From IMG/VR virus record IMGVR_UViG_3300044837_000085, positions 40,615-104,614 of that record: 64,000 bases of DNA; one strand, given 5' to 3'. This document shows, one piece after another, positions 18,631-27,816 of the stretch. Within the stretch, counting starts at the first letter, position 1, and every line of letters starts with the position of its first letter. The position numbers and the translations under genes are program-made. Origin of the DNA: a virus. The notes below the pieces were generated by a model. The model had not been told where the DNA came from, did not search any database, and was given only the letters and a program-made list of their open reading frames with translations.

Positions 18631-19002
18631 TTAGAGGGCTGCGGGCTTATTGACGTAGCCGTTCGCCTGACGCTGTACCCCGGCTGAGTTTGTGTATTGC
18701 AGGACCACGGTGTTCTGCCCGCTCCGCATTGCGGTACGCGGCCATGTGAACATGCAATAGTACTTTGGACAGGTGATGAGGAGTTTGCCATTCCCGTAGA
18801 TCGAGATCGACTTCACTCCGGCCGGATCGACAATGTTCGCCAACATGAACACGTCGTGGTTAGCATCCATGTTCATTGGCATCGATAGGATAACAGGATT
18901 TGGTCCGCCCACGTTGTTGCCGATTGTATTATAAACCAGCGCATTATCGGCAAGCGCGGGACCAGCGAGCAGCAGCATAAAAACGGCGGCGAGTTTCTTC
19001 AT
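18631..19002 (-). CDS. Secreted Ig-like domain protein
   Basis: Signal peptide MKKLAAVFMLLLAGPALA; beta-rich DPAGVKSISIYGNGK. Confidence 0.65.
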   Translation of the reverse strand: MKKLAAVFMLLLAGPALADNALVYNTIGNNVGGPNPVILSMPMNMDANHDVFMLANIVDPAGVKSISIYGNGKLLITCPKYYCMFTWPRTAMRSGQNTVVLQYTNSAGVQRQANGYVNKPAAL

Positions 19003-19436
19003 GCTTGTTTCCTTCTAGCAGGGTGACCGTGCTTGGCTATCTGTTCGCGCATCCGATCTGACGCCTTGGCGCGCTCCCCTGGTCTCTGGTAGCGCCGCCA
19101 CGCGGCCTCACTCCTGTTCTGGCGCTCGGTCTCCGATGCATAGCGGCGCTTTGCCGCCGCACTCAACTTGGCTCGGTGCTCAGGAGACCAGCGCACGGCC
19201 CTCTTGGGCTGAGGTTTCTTGACACACCCAGTGATCCGGTGGAGGCAGCCGCAGTGCGTGGCGGCCCCGGAGATTAAATTGGAGACGTAGATCACGCGTT
19301 CGTTGCCGCATATGCATAGACAACGCCATACCTTCCCTTTGTGCCGGCCGACGACTTCCAGACAGCCAAACATCGCTCCGGTCAAGTTGCGTCGCGGCGG
19401 CTTCCCATCAGACCAGATATGCCCCATGGCAAGCAC
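18999..19436 (-). CDS. Homing-endonuclease-type DNA-binding protein without recognisable nuclease domain
   Basis: NLTGAMFGCLEV..WRCLCICG..HCGC plus NUMOD3-like WSPEHRAKLS. Confidence 0.6.
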   Translation of the reverse strand: MLAMGHIWSDGKPPRRNLTGAMFGCLEVVGRHKGKVWRCLCICGNERVIYVSNLISGAATHCGCLHRITGCVKKPQPKRAVRWSPEHRAKLSAAAKRRYASETERQNRSEAAWRRYQRPGERAKASDRMREQIAKHGHPARRKQA

Positions 19437-19687
19437 TACGTCAGCATCCCAGATTCTCGCCGCGCGAAATACTCATGCGAAACCCGGAGCCAGTACCGCG
19501 CCCTTTCAAGCGGGACGTGGTTTTCTCTGTGATGGTGCAGCCCCGATAGCCGCGCCGTATCCATGATGGAACCCGGCGGATGCCTGGGAAAGGCCGCAAT
19601 CAACGTTCCCCAACTCGGCCGCCGGTTTATCGCGTAAATCGCATGGAGCCTGCGTATTTCGTGATTGGTCCATGTGGCGTATTTCAT
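19436..19687 (-). CDS. Hypothetical protein
   Basis: Coupled ORF. Confidence 0.55.
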   Translation of the reverse strand: MKYATWTNHEIRRLHAIYAINRRPSWGTLIAAFPRHPPGSIMDTARLSGLHHHRENHVPLERARYWLRVSHEYFARRESGMLT

Positions 19688-19905
19688 TTGCAGGGATCAG
19701 GCTTCCCGGCGCTGTAAGCCTCACTCATAGCCTGATATCGTCCCCCGCCCTTGCATAGTTGTTTCCATTTCTTTAGCTGCTGGCGGTCGAGATAGGCTTT
19801 GCTGAACGTCCCAAAGACCGGCTGTCCGTCGAACATATCAGCCCTCGCCTGCACGCAGGTTGCGACAAGCAGACAGGCCGCGAATATCAGAACGGTCCAG
19901 CGCAT
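19684..19905 (-). CDS. Small secreted protein
   Basis: Signal peptide ending ARA. Confidence 0.55.
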   Translation of the reverse strand: MRWTVLIFAACLLVATCVQARADMFDGQPVFGTFSKAYLDRQQLKKWKQLCKGGGRYQAMSEAYSAGKPDPCK

Positions 19906-19948
19906 GACGGCCTCGATTGTGATATGATGATTTGAGCAGGCGGCACAA

Positions 19949-20449
19949 ATGGTCTACTTTCGCAGCATAGTTAGAAGCCGAGGAAAGAAGCGCCCGAAAG
20001 TGACAGACGCTGAACAGCAATTATTTGAGACTGCCGCAACCGAACCAGCCGCCAAGCCGTCCCGGCAGCGCTGCACATATTGCGATCGCGAGATGATCCG
20101 GCGTCGCGTCGCGTTCGGCAAAGTACATATTGGCCTCGCTAAGACGAAGGATCACGTTTTCCCCTATTCGCGCGGGGGCCGTAAAACTGTTCCGGCGTGC
20201 TATGCGTGCAACCACGCTAAAAGCGACATGCCCCCGGAGATTTGGGAACTGTTCATGGCGGACAACCCGTCATGGTGGCTGCTGGAGAAGAAGGATTTGA
20301 GGAAGGCGCGAAAGAAGGCCATCCTAGCGACCGCTGAATTTAAGCGCGTGGCAATGACGGTCCCGCCGCCAGCAGTAGACGATCACAGCGCCCTGAGAGA
20401 GCATTGGATTTTTATAGTGCGCTGCATGCGGCAGTCCCCAACCCCATAA
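19949..20449 (+). CDS. HNH endonuclease
   Basis: CTYC...TKDHVFPYSRGG..VPACYACNHAK. Confidence 0.85.
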   Translation: MVYFRSIVRSRGKKRPKVTDAEQQLFETAATEPAAKPSRQRCTYCDREMIRRRVAFGKVHIGLAKTKDHVFPYSRGGRKTVPACYACNHAKSDMPPEIWELFMADNPSWWLLEKKDLRKARKKAILATAEFKRVAMTVPPPAVDDHSALREHWIFIVRCMRQSPTP

Positions 20450-20488
20450 ACCGGCGGCCGGGCGGGGTGATGCTCCCGCCCGGTAGTG

Positions 20489-20854
20489 TTACGGAGACGG
20501 CGTAAGGTTCGGTGTCGCCGGATTAGCCGTCACGGCAGAATCCACAGCATCCGCGGTGCTCGTCAGCGCAGTAACGACATCGTTGATGGCACTCTGCGTT
20601 GCGGGATCTTGCGTCGGGATTGCCGCTAGCTGCGCGGCAAGCGCGGTGTTCTGGTCCTTTAGGGCCTGTAGCGCTGCAAGTGCGGCAGTATCGCTGGCCT
20701 GCAACCGCGCAGCAACAGCTTGTAGTGCAGATACGTCGATCATGATGGTCTCCTGGTTCTTGAGTATGAGGTCCGTTGAATGCTGGATAACCTCAAGCCG
20801 GTTTAGGACCACAGTATCCGGCAGGAAGTGGTGATAGACATCTATCTTGATCAT
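20489..20854 (-). CDS. Ala-rich coiled-coil protein
   Basis: ORF in late operon tail end. Confidence 0.65.
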   Translation of the reverse strand: MIKIDVYHHFLPDTVVLNRLEVIQHSTDLILKNQETIMIDVSALQAVAARLQASDTAALAALQALKDQNTALAAQLAAIPTQDPATQSAINDVVTALTSTADAVDSAVTANPATPNLTPSP

Positions 20855-21008
20855 GGTGTCACGCTAGCCCGAATAATCTAACGAGCGCTCGCGTGATCTG
20901 GACAATGAGGAAGTTGCCGAAGCCCCAACCCATCGCCGCGCCGAATAGTGCGATAAAGAATGCGCAGCACGTCTGCCATGTGCATGTGATTGGCATGGTA
21001 GCCTCCTG

Positions 21009-21242
21009 TTATTGCCACTCATCTTCGGTAAACTTCAATCCTCGGCTCTCGAAAGTTTCAGCCAACATCTTCGCCGTTGCTTGTGCTGCGGCCAGCCTAG
21101 TCTCGGCGGTCGCCACCTCGCTCTTGGCGTTTGCTGCCGCGCCTGTGAAGTTCATGACATCGGCGCGGTATTTGGACACAAGCGCGTTGAGGTCCATAAT
21201 TTGGCTTTGTATCGCATCCCATTGATCCTGCGGCGTCGTCAT
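21009..21242 (-). CDS. Coiled-coil hypothetical protein
   Basis: MTTPQDQWDAIQ...; TAATG overlap. Confidence 0.6.
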   Translation of the reverse strand: MTTPQDQWDAIQSQIMDLNALVSKYRADVMNFTGAAANAKSEVATAETRLAAAQATAKMLAETFESRGLKFTEDEWQ

Positions 21243-21406
21243 TAAAGTCGTCCGAGCAAAAGCAAGATCAGAACAACCACGAGCACCAAACCAATCCCGC
21301 CTCCAAGATATGGACCGCCGCCATAAAATGGCCCGCCGCCAATTCCTGAGAATCCGCCGACCAGTAAAATGATGAGAATGATCACGACTATCGTTCCAAT
21401 TGACAT
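21242..21406 (-). CDS. DUF3309-family small membrane protein
   Basis: MSIGTIVVIILIILLVGG...GGGIGLVLVVVLILLLLGRL (below ORF-track cutoff). Confidence 0.8.
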   Translation of the reverse strand: MSIGTIVVIILIILLVGGFSGIGGGPFYGGGPYLGGGIGLVLVVVLILLLLGRL

Positions 21407-21634
21407 AACGGTCATCCTTTATGTTTCGTGATGCTCTACGGCGACATCGCCGTGATTGGTGGTTGGATTTCCTCAAACGTCACGCGGTAAAACTTGCCGC
21501 GCTTCAACCTGCCGCGACGCGGGTCCAGATTGTTGGTTACAGTTTCGATTTCAAGCTTCAGGAGGCTGACTTCATAGCCACTATCCATCAGCACTGCGGC
21601 CATGCACTCGGCCTCGAACACAATGGGAGGCACT

Positions 21635-22069
21635 TCAATGCTGCCTCAAGAGCGCTACAGCCAAACTTCCAAACGCTGTCAGTATAGAGAGGGCTGATCC
21701 AATGATAACCGCGAGCAACCAAACGCCTGATGATTTTCCGCCTGTCTCCCAGCGGAATTGCTCCAGCTTGGCTGTTCGGTCTGAAAGATCGTTCTTGACC
21801 TCTTTGAGCTGCGTGGCGAGAAGCGTAGAGGCCGCATCCTGATTGGCGCGGAGAACCTTTGCCAGTTCGAGATCGAACGTTTGTTTTTGTGCTGCCAGTT
21901 CATTGATGCGCCGGGTTTCGGCTTCTCTCAGCTCGTCCTGCCTCCGATCGCTTCTTTCCCTTAAATCGTCCTGTCGCCGGATGGCCGCTTCAACGAGGTC
22001 AAGTACGTTCTTGGTCGGGTCAATGACCGTCTTGTATTGATCTGGCATTCTCGCCCCCGAAAGGGGCAA
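21635..22069 (-). CDS. Coiled-coil protein with C-terminal TM helix
   Basis: Heptad-rich region, then VWLLAVIIGSALSILTAFGSLAVALL. Confidence 0.65.
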   Translation of the reverse strand: MPLSGARMPDQYKTVIDPTKNVLDLVEAAIRRQDDLRERSDRRQDELREAETRRINELAAQKQTFDLELAKVLRANQDAASTLLATQLKEVKNDLSDRTAKLEQFRWETGGKSSGVWLLAVIIGSALSILTAFGSLAVALLRQH

Positions 22070-22077
22070 AGGCCCCG

Positions 22078-22562
22078 CTAGTGAATGTCACCTTTGTCAA
22101 TTTCAAAGCCATTGGCGAGCACGACATCGTTTAGACGCATCGAAGACCTGACTAAATCCTGCGTTGCGTTTGCGAGTTTGAGCCTGGCTTCATGGAGCTT
22201 TGTTTCCTGCTCCGTGAAGTCCCTATCATTCTGCCCGTAGTCGTCATAAAGCCTACGAAGCTGACTCAGTATCGCGTTCATCACTTTGACCTTACTTCTG
22301 CGGCCAAACTCTCAAGCGCGCGGGCTGCATTGTTTGCAGCGATGGCGCTGCCGTGGATCGCTTCGCCTATCCTGTCCGCCGCATCTATTCTCTCGTCATA
22401 GCTTTCGCGAAGCTGGTTCTCCAACATCTGAATGCGGGCATCCTTTTTCTCTTCGCGCTTCTCGGATTTGTAGAGAAAAACCCAAAGGATCACGGCTATG
22501 AGGCCGGGCGGCCCCCATGCCTTAATAAATTCTTGCAGAATGTCCACTTGGCATTTCCTCAT
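22078..22562 (-). CDS. Two small lysis-region genes (22281-22562 N-terminal TM + coiled coil; 22078-22284 coiled coil)
   Basis: GTGA-coupled ORFs. Confidence 0.6.
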
Positions 22563-22684
22563 TCCTAGCTCGTTAACTTCTGTCCGCTAGGAATCATCCC
22601 AGCCGTCGATCGGGATTGCGCCCGGTTGGCGGTCAGGGTCGTCGCTGCGCCTCGAACGCAACGGCGGCCCGCCTCTTAATTCCT

Positions 22685-23287
22685 TTATTGCCCGTTACGC
22701 AGTCGTGACATCTTGTCCTTGGCGTCCTGCATGTCACGTTCGTTCTGCTTGATGAATGTCTCCAACTGAAGAACGCGGGTCTGCAGCATTGTGTCGTTTT
22801 GATCTTTGGATAGTGCCAGCTTGACCGTGGCGAGTTGCCCCTGCAATGACTGCAACTGCGTGAATGCAAGCTTGGAAGCCATTTCTGCCGATTCCATCGC
22901 GGATGCGTTCTGGCTCTTGGAGATGGTGCCAAGCGTCTTGGTTAGCTCCCCGAGGCTTCCGGTGATTTCTGTTTTGATGTCGTTCTGATTCTTGACCACT
23001 TCCCTTTTGGTGTCGTCGATCTTGACTCCGACCTCCTTCTTCACGCCACTTATCGACTCCTCCAGTGTTCGATCTGTGACCAGGGTCTTGCCGCCCATAC
23101 CAACCCAGCCCTGCCACGCGAAGCCGAGTACGGTGACTACCGCGATGATGATCAACGCTCCCTTGTAGTACGGACCCATCTTCTTGTTGAAGCTGTTGAC
23201 GAGAACAGGATTGTTTTCGCGCAACTCCCGCTTGGTGACGGGATGAGGTCGAGTTCGACGCCGCACCGTCTTCTTTGGTGCACTCAC
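22685..23287 (-). CDS. Single-TM coiled-coil protein (possible inner-spanin-like)
   Basis: TM ALIIIAVVTVLGFAW then long helical region; lysis context. Confidence 0.5.
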   Translation of the reverse strand: MSAPKKTVRRRTRPHPVTKRELRENNPVLVNSFNKKMGPYYKGALIIIAVVTVLGFAWQGWVGMGGKTLVTDRTLEESISGVKKEVGVKIDDTKREVVKNQNDIKTEITGSLGELTKTLGTISKSQNASAMESAEMASKLAFTQLQSLQGQLATVKLALSKDQNDTMLQTRVLQLETFIKQNERDMQDAKDKMSRLRNGQ

Positions 23288-23802
23288 CTGATAATCTGCA
23301 CTGGCAATGTCTTTGGCTGGACTGCAAGCGTGGCGGCCATCCGCTGGCTTCCCCTGAGCATCATGCGATCACCGAACCAGAATCCAATGATGGCACCGAA
23401 CATGGCCTGAGTTTCATCCGGCCACAGCACCTTGACGAGTTGTCCAAGGTCGTAGCCGCTGTTCACCGCATAGATGAACATGAACACCTCTAGAAGAATC
23501 CAGAGATGGAAGAAAACCAGAGTGACATAGGGTCTGACAAATACGGCCAATCCGTCAACAAACTTGTTGCCAGAAGAGCCGCTGCCAAAACTGTAAATAT
23601 GGTCTGCCTGTCGAATATCAGCCTGAGCGTTAGCGAGATCAACCTGTAGCGCCACGCCGTCCTTAGTAGCCTGGAGCTGGAGTTCGGCCATTGCGAGTTG
23701 CTGGGCATTGGTCGCCTTCAGGGTGAAGAATTGAATGATCGCCGGGACCATGCCGGCAAGCGCACCTAAAATTGCCGGGAGAGCGGCGAGAACAGCTATC
23801 AT
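23284..23802 (-). CDS. Holin-like 3-TM protein
   Basis: FVRPYVT...GAIIGFWFGDR motif downstream of the endolysin. Confidence 0.7.
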   Translation of the reverse strand: MIAVLAALPAILGALAGMVPAIIQFFTLKATNAQQLAMAELQLQATKDGVALQVDLANAQADIRQADHIYSFGSGSSGNKFVDGLAVFVRPYVTLVFFHLWILLEVFMFIYAVNSGYDLGQLVKVLWPDETQAMFGAIIGFWFGDRMMLRGSQRMAATLAVQPKTLPVQIIR

Positions 23803-24038
23803 GTTTTTTTCGCCATATCTTGAATGGTGGCGTCCTTTGTTGCCGAACCGGATGATGAGCCAACCCAGAAGCTCACGACTTGCCCAAACGCCGCCCCGAG
23901 CGCACCGAGCATAACCAACATGACCTCTGGCGGAGCGTTGCCTTGCGTCTTGGTCGTAATCACGATAACCAGAATTACCATAAATCCAGTGGTGACGATC
24001 ACGGAAACCACAACCCTGCCCCAGTCGTTCAGTCCCAC
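23799..24038 (-). CDS. Holin-like 2-TM protein
   Basis: LGALGAAFGQVVSFWVGSSSGSATKD motif. Confidence 0.7.
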   Translation of the reverse strand: MGLNDWGRVVVSVIVTTGFMVILVIVITTKTQGNAPPEVMLVMLGALGAAFGQVVSFWVGSSSGSATKDATIQDMAKKT

Positions 24039-24039
24039 G

Positions 24040-24954
24040 CTATTTTGCCTTCGGTTTGAAGAGATCGAGGAATCTACCCCAGAAGGTTGGCGCCAGATCG
24101 GTACGGGCTTTGGTGCCCGGTGGCGGCAGGACGATTTCCGGCGGGACGGGTATCGTTGGGATGGGCTTGCCAGACAATAGCGCGGCGTCCAATGCGGTAA
24201 ACGTCGCCGGGCCTACCAGACCATCAACAACAAGGTTTTGACTCATCTGGAACGCGCGCACGGCGTTCCGCGTGGCAGGCCCGACCGCCCCGTCGACCGC
24301 TAGAACCGGATTGGCGCCAAGTTTGTTCAGCGTGGTTTGCAGCCATACACCGTCATGGATGGTGGCAGGGACCGGCGGCAGGATGGGGCCGGCAACACTG
24401 CCGTCCATTTTGATCGAGGCGTCCAGCGCCATCATCGCCAGCAATAGTCCGGCGCATCCCGGCTGCGTGTCGACAGTGCTCGGATCGTAAACCCCGTCCG
24501 CGATGTACTTGCCTGAGACGTACTGATCGGTTTCTGCCCATAGGTACGGCGAGGGCCTACCCTTGTTGGCGTAGCCAACCCCGTTGTAGAGTTCCAGATT
24601 CGTCAGCACCTCGCCCGCGTTCCGCCATTTCTTTCGCGCGAGGTAAGGACCACAGTTCACGAGAGCATCGATCGCGACAGCCTCCCATGTGCCTGCGGGG
24701 CGGCCTGCAGGAACGTGAATGGAAGGTTGGTTGATCGGGTCGCCCTGAGCCAGCGAACGCGACCAGTTCTGCGACGACTCCCGCTCATGGATCACAGCGA
24801 TGACGAACCATGGGACACCGGTCTTGGCTTCGACCGCCTGATAGCGCGCCTTTGCCGCGACCAGGTTCTTGGAGATTGCGTTGAAATTTCGCGTCAGCTT
24901 TGCGTTAGGCCAGCGGCTAGCGTTCGCCTGCGTCAGCGCGGCAACATCGACCAT
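24040..24954 (-). CDS. Endolysin: lysozyme-family domain + peptidoglycan-binding domain
   Basis: VPWFVIAVIHERES..YNGVGY..SPYLW; VDGAVGPATRNAVRAFQ..VDGLVGPAT. Confidence 0.9.
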   Translation of the reverse strand: MVDVAALTQANASRWPNAKLTRNFNAISKNLVAAKARYQAVEAKTGVPWFVIAVIHERESSQNWSRSLAQGDPINQPSIHVPAGRPAGTWEAVAIDALVNCGPYLARKKWRNAGEVLTNLELYNGVGYANKGRPSPYLWAETDQYVSGKYIADGVYDPSTVDTQPGCAGLLLAMMALDASIKMDGSVAGPILPPVPATIHDGVWLQTTLNKLGANPVLAVDGAVGPATRNAVRAFQMSQNLVVDGLVGPATFTALDAALLSGKPIPTIPVPPEIVLPPPGTKARTDLAPTFWGRFLDLFKPKAK

Positions 24955-24963
24955 ATGATTTTC

Positions 24964-25503
24964 CTAGACTTTGTTCTGAGCGAGAATTTCGTTCATGGTG
25001 AACACCCGCCCGAAAAGCATCACGATGTCGTCGTGACATGCTGCGATCGGAAGCCAGTTGATGTATTCGGAGACGGGAATCAGGTGATCGAACTTTTGAT
25101 CCAGCGCATGCCATTCGTTGGCGAGGTACGCGGCACACCACGCATGCGGAATATGCCCGTCCAGCGCTTCGATTGATTTGATCTGCCCGACCACCAGACG
25201 AACCGGAACGCCAGCCTCCGCGAGCAGCGCGTATTTCAGGATCGCATAGTCTTCGCAATCGCCGTGACCGAGTTGGAGCGTGTCTGACGGCCTCTGCCAG
25301 ACGTCCTGGCCTTCGGGTTCGGCCTGATACTTGATCAGCCGGTTGACAGCGAGATTGAGCGCGGCTGGTGACTTTTGCGAAAGGTCTTTCGCCGTAACGC
25401 CGTCAAGCTTCAACGCGGATTTTACCGTTCCCCATTTGATTCGCATGGGATCATCAGGTCCGGCCGCGAACGACCGATACCCTGCAAAGCTGAGTTCGGT
25501 CAT
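24964..25503 (-). CDS. Transglutaminase-like cysteine protease (BTLCP/LapG-like)
   Basis: AVNRLIKY..D.WQRP..GDCEDYAILK..H..LD catalytic triad. Confidence 0.85.
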   Translation of the reverse strand: MTELSFAGYRSFAAGPDDPMRIKWGTVKSALKLDGVTAKDLSQKSPAALNLAVNRLIKYQAEPEGQDVWQRPSDTLQLGHGDCEDYAILKYALLAEAGVPVRLVVGQIKSIEALDGHIPHAWCAAYLANEWHALDQKFDHLIPVSEYINWLPIAACHDDIVMLFGRVFTMNEILAQNKV

Positions 25504-25886
25504 TATGGCCCCGGAGCGACTGGAATGTTTTGCGGTGTGGTGGTGATGTCCGCAGCAACGGTATCTGCTGCGACCGTCAGCAAGTCTGGATCGGCCACGA
25601 TATCCACCACAAAAACGAGCGGTGCCATCCCTGAGTTCGTCACGGTAACGGTGAGACCCGGTGAGACCTGAACCTTTGGCGTCAGCACCAGAGTAAACGT
25701 GTTGTTGCTGCCAAGCTGGACGCCCGCAACGAGGCTGGCTGGGTTACTCGATACAGCTTGAGGGCTGGAATTGGCCGGCCAAGGCTGGGCAACACCTGCG
25801 GCGTTCTGCGGCTTGATCGAGAAGGTCCAAACCTTGTCGTTATAAAGCTGGAAGTTCATTTTGGTGGCTCCTTGTGGATTGCGCAA
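25503..25886 (-). CDS. Beta-rich (Ig-like) hypothetical protein
   Basis: AVSSNPA..TLVLTP..VTVTN. Confidence 0.6.
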   Translation of the reverse strand: MRNPQGATKMNFQLYNDKVWTFSIKPQNAAGVAQPWPANSSPQAVSSNPASLVAGVQLGSNNTFTLVLTPKVQVSPGLTVTVTNSGMAPLVFVVDIVADPDLLTVAADTVAADITTTPQNIPVAPGP

Positions 25887-25997
25887 CTCAAAAAATTTGA
25901 GTCACGTCAAGTAGTTAGAATGGTTGATAACAACCGGCTTTACTCTGCGCGGTTGCGTAGGCTAGTATTCCTTTGAAAATGGGGGAATCCTTGGCCA

Positions 25998-26102
25998 ATG
26001 ACAGATAACGACTTTGCAAACCAAGCATTGGTCATCACACTAGCCGCCTTCGTGATAATTTTGATCGCAGCCGGAGCCGTTATATATTTCGCCATAGCGT
26101 GA
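25998..26102 (+). CDS. Small antisense-oriented membrane peptide (34 aa)
   Basis: MTDNDFANQALVITLAAFVIILIAAGAVIYFAIA; GGGGGA RBS; fills the gap between late genes. Confidence 0.5.
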   Translation: MTDNDFANQALVITLAAFVIILIAAGAVIYFAIA

Positions 26103-26103
26103 G

Positions 26104-26931
26104 TTAGGGAACACCGACCGCAGTCATATAAGTGCGGAGGCGATTGTATAAATTAGTCACATCGGTTGAGTTTAAAGACGACCCCATGCTCGCCATCGCG
26201 ATCTGGTGGGTCGATATGACAAGCGTACTGCTATCATAATGATACTGGGCGCAGACGGGGAAGTTGTGGTTCAGGGGGGCGTGCGAGTTGTCGGTTGCGG
26301 TAAGAACGCTGCTGCCGTTTTTGTAACCCTGAACCGCAGTTGAAGAGGATCGGTTGGCTATGAAATGCCCAACTGGAGAGGCGTTGGTGACGCCGCTGAT
26401 CGCTGAACCGTTGATCCGAAAATATGCGTTCCCGTCGTTGTAACGCGGGAATATCTCCGTCTCGCCAAGAAAAGAATCAATGCCCATTGGTGAGAGGGCG
26501 ACGCCACCTATGTCGATCACGCTCCACAGAGAAATATGAGATGAATTTTGCACATAGTTGGGAGAGCCCGCGGTAGAGGGGTTGAACCCGCTATCGATGT
26601 AGTTCCCCGATACTCCGGTGAACCCACGGTCGGCCGTGAACGTCGGTGCAGTAACCAGGGTCGCATTGTAGCTAGACGAAACCAGATTGAGCAGCGCTGT
26701 CGTGCTATCCTGCGTCGCATAGACTTGCAGCCAGTCGAACTTGGCGAAAAGAGAATCTGTATCCAGACCGTTGATGAAATCGATATACGCGTTTCTATGC
26801 GTCGTATCGAGCCCTGAGGTTCTGGCGAGAAAAGCCGTTGCATTAGGGCCAGGGGCAGCCCCGCCTCCGCCACCTCCGCCGCCACTAGTAAAAACGCGAG
26901 TTCTGGCTATTATCTGAGGACTAAACAGCAC
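26104..26931 (-). CDS. Putative receptor-binding / lectin-like tail protein
   Basis: Poly-Gly linker then a domain paralogous to the C-terminus of 27817-29895. Confidence 0.7.
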   Translation of the reverse strand: MLFSPQIIARTRVFTSGGGGGGGGAAPGPNATAFLARTSGLDTTHRNAYIDFINGLDTDSLFAKFDWLQVYATQDSTTALLNLVSSSYNATLVTAPTFTADRGFTGVSGNYIDSGFNPSTAGSPNYVQNSSHISLWSVIDIGGVALSPMGIDSFLGETEIFPRYNDGNAYFRINGSAISGVTNASPVGHFIANRSSSTAVQGYKNGSSVLTATDNSHAPLNHNFPVCAQYHYDSSTLVISTHQIAMASMGSSLNSTDVTNLYNRLRTYMTAVGVP

Positions 26932-27622
26932 GCGCTTGCCAGCCTCTCGCCGTGCCGATGATGGTCGTGGAGTTGGCAGATGGCGTGAAAGCCTCAACCG
27001 CCTGATATTGGATGTATAGTGTTTTTGCGCCGGATGTTGGCTTGGTTGTTATGAACCCGCCCGCCTGCGAATAATTGGTCTCGTTGAATGACGGGACGAG
27101 TCTTCCGACAGCCCCGTCAGAAAAGCCCGTCTCCATGTAGCCCATGAAAGCGCCGATATAGCCGGCCTTCTTTTGCGAATATGCCGCGTTGTCTCCAGCT
27201 CCTACACCCGTTGATGCGGTCGGATCGCTGTTGAACAGATATGCGCGAAGCTTCTTGCCGGCCAACCCCGTGTCAGTCGATGATATCAAAATCTCGCTGA
27301 TGAAAATCGGGTCATCGTTCACATCGGAAATCGTGGCTGACAGCGCTGTGACAGAGCCCGCCGTGGCGTTATCAGAAATCGAATCCGCCGCAGTATAGGC
27401 AGTTGTATTCGCCGGTCTTGTCAGAGTGGAAAACGAGACGGAAAATGCTCGGTTAGAAAGTCCGCTGGTATTACGAATCAAGGCGCCGGAAGTAGAAACA
27501 ATAGAACCGCCAGCACCATCACCAAGAACCGTAACCGCAGATACGGCCGACCCGTCATCCCATTCCCGCGCTGTGAATGGCGTGCCGCTTCCGTCTCTGT
27601 AGCTTTTAGTAGTAGCCGCCAT
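26921..27622 (-). CDS. Putative virion structural protein
   Basis: TRPANTTAYTAAD motif; tail module. Confidence 0.6.
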   Translation of the reverse strand: MAATTKSYRDGSGTPFTAREWDDGSAVSAVTVLGDGAGGSIVSTSGALIRNTSGLSNRAFSVSFSTLTRPANTTAYTAADSISDNATAGSVTALSATISDVNDDPIFISEILISSTDTGLAGKKLRAYLFNSDPTASTGVGAGDNAAYSQKKAGYIGAFMGYMETGFSDGAVGRLVPSFNETNYSQAGGFITTKPTSGAKTLYIQYQAVEAFTPSANSTTIIGTARGWQARAV

Positions 27623-27816
27623 TACCGCACCCTGTGGTGTTGAATAAAGCCGTTATAGAATTTCGAGAAGTCGTGGCTGTACGTGACCGTCGATGGGTCG
27701 TAGGCATCCGGGTCCAGCAATGATCCGGGCGTGATAACGACAGGTGTCGTTCCGCTGCTCGCCCCGATATTCCCAGGTTCGAATACAGAGTTGATACAGC
27801 TATCAAGGATGGGCAT
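27622..27816 (-). CDS. Small hypothetical tail-region protein
   Basis: Coupled ORF. Confidence 0.5.
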   Translation of the reverse strand: MPILDSCINSVFEPGNIGASSGTTPVVITPGSLLDPDAYDPSTVTYSHDFSKFYNGFIQHHRVR

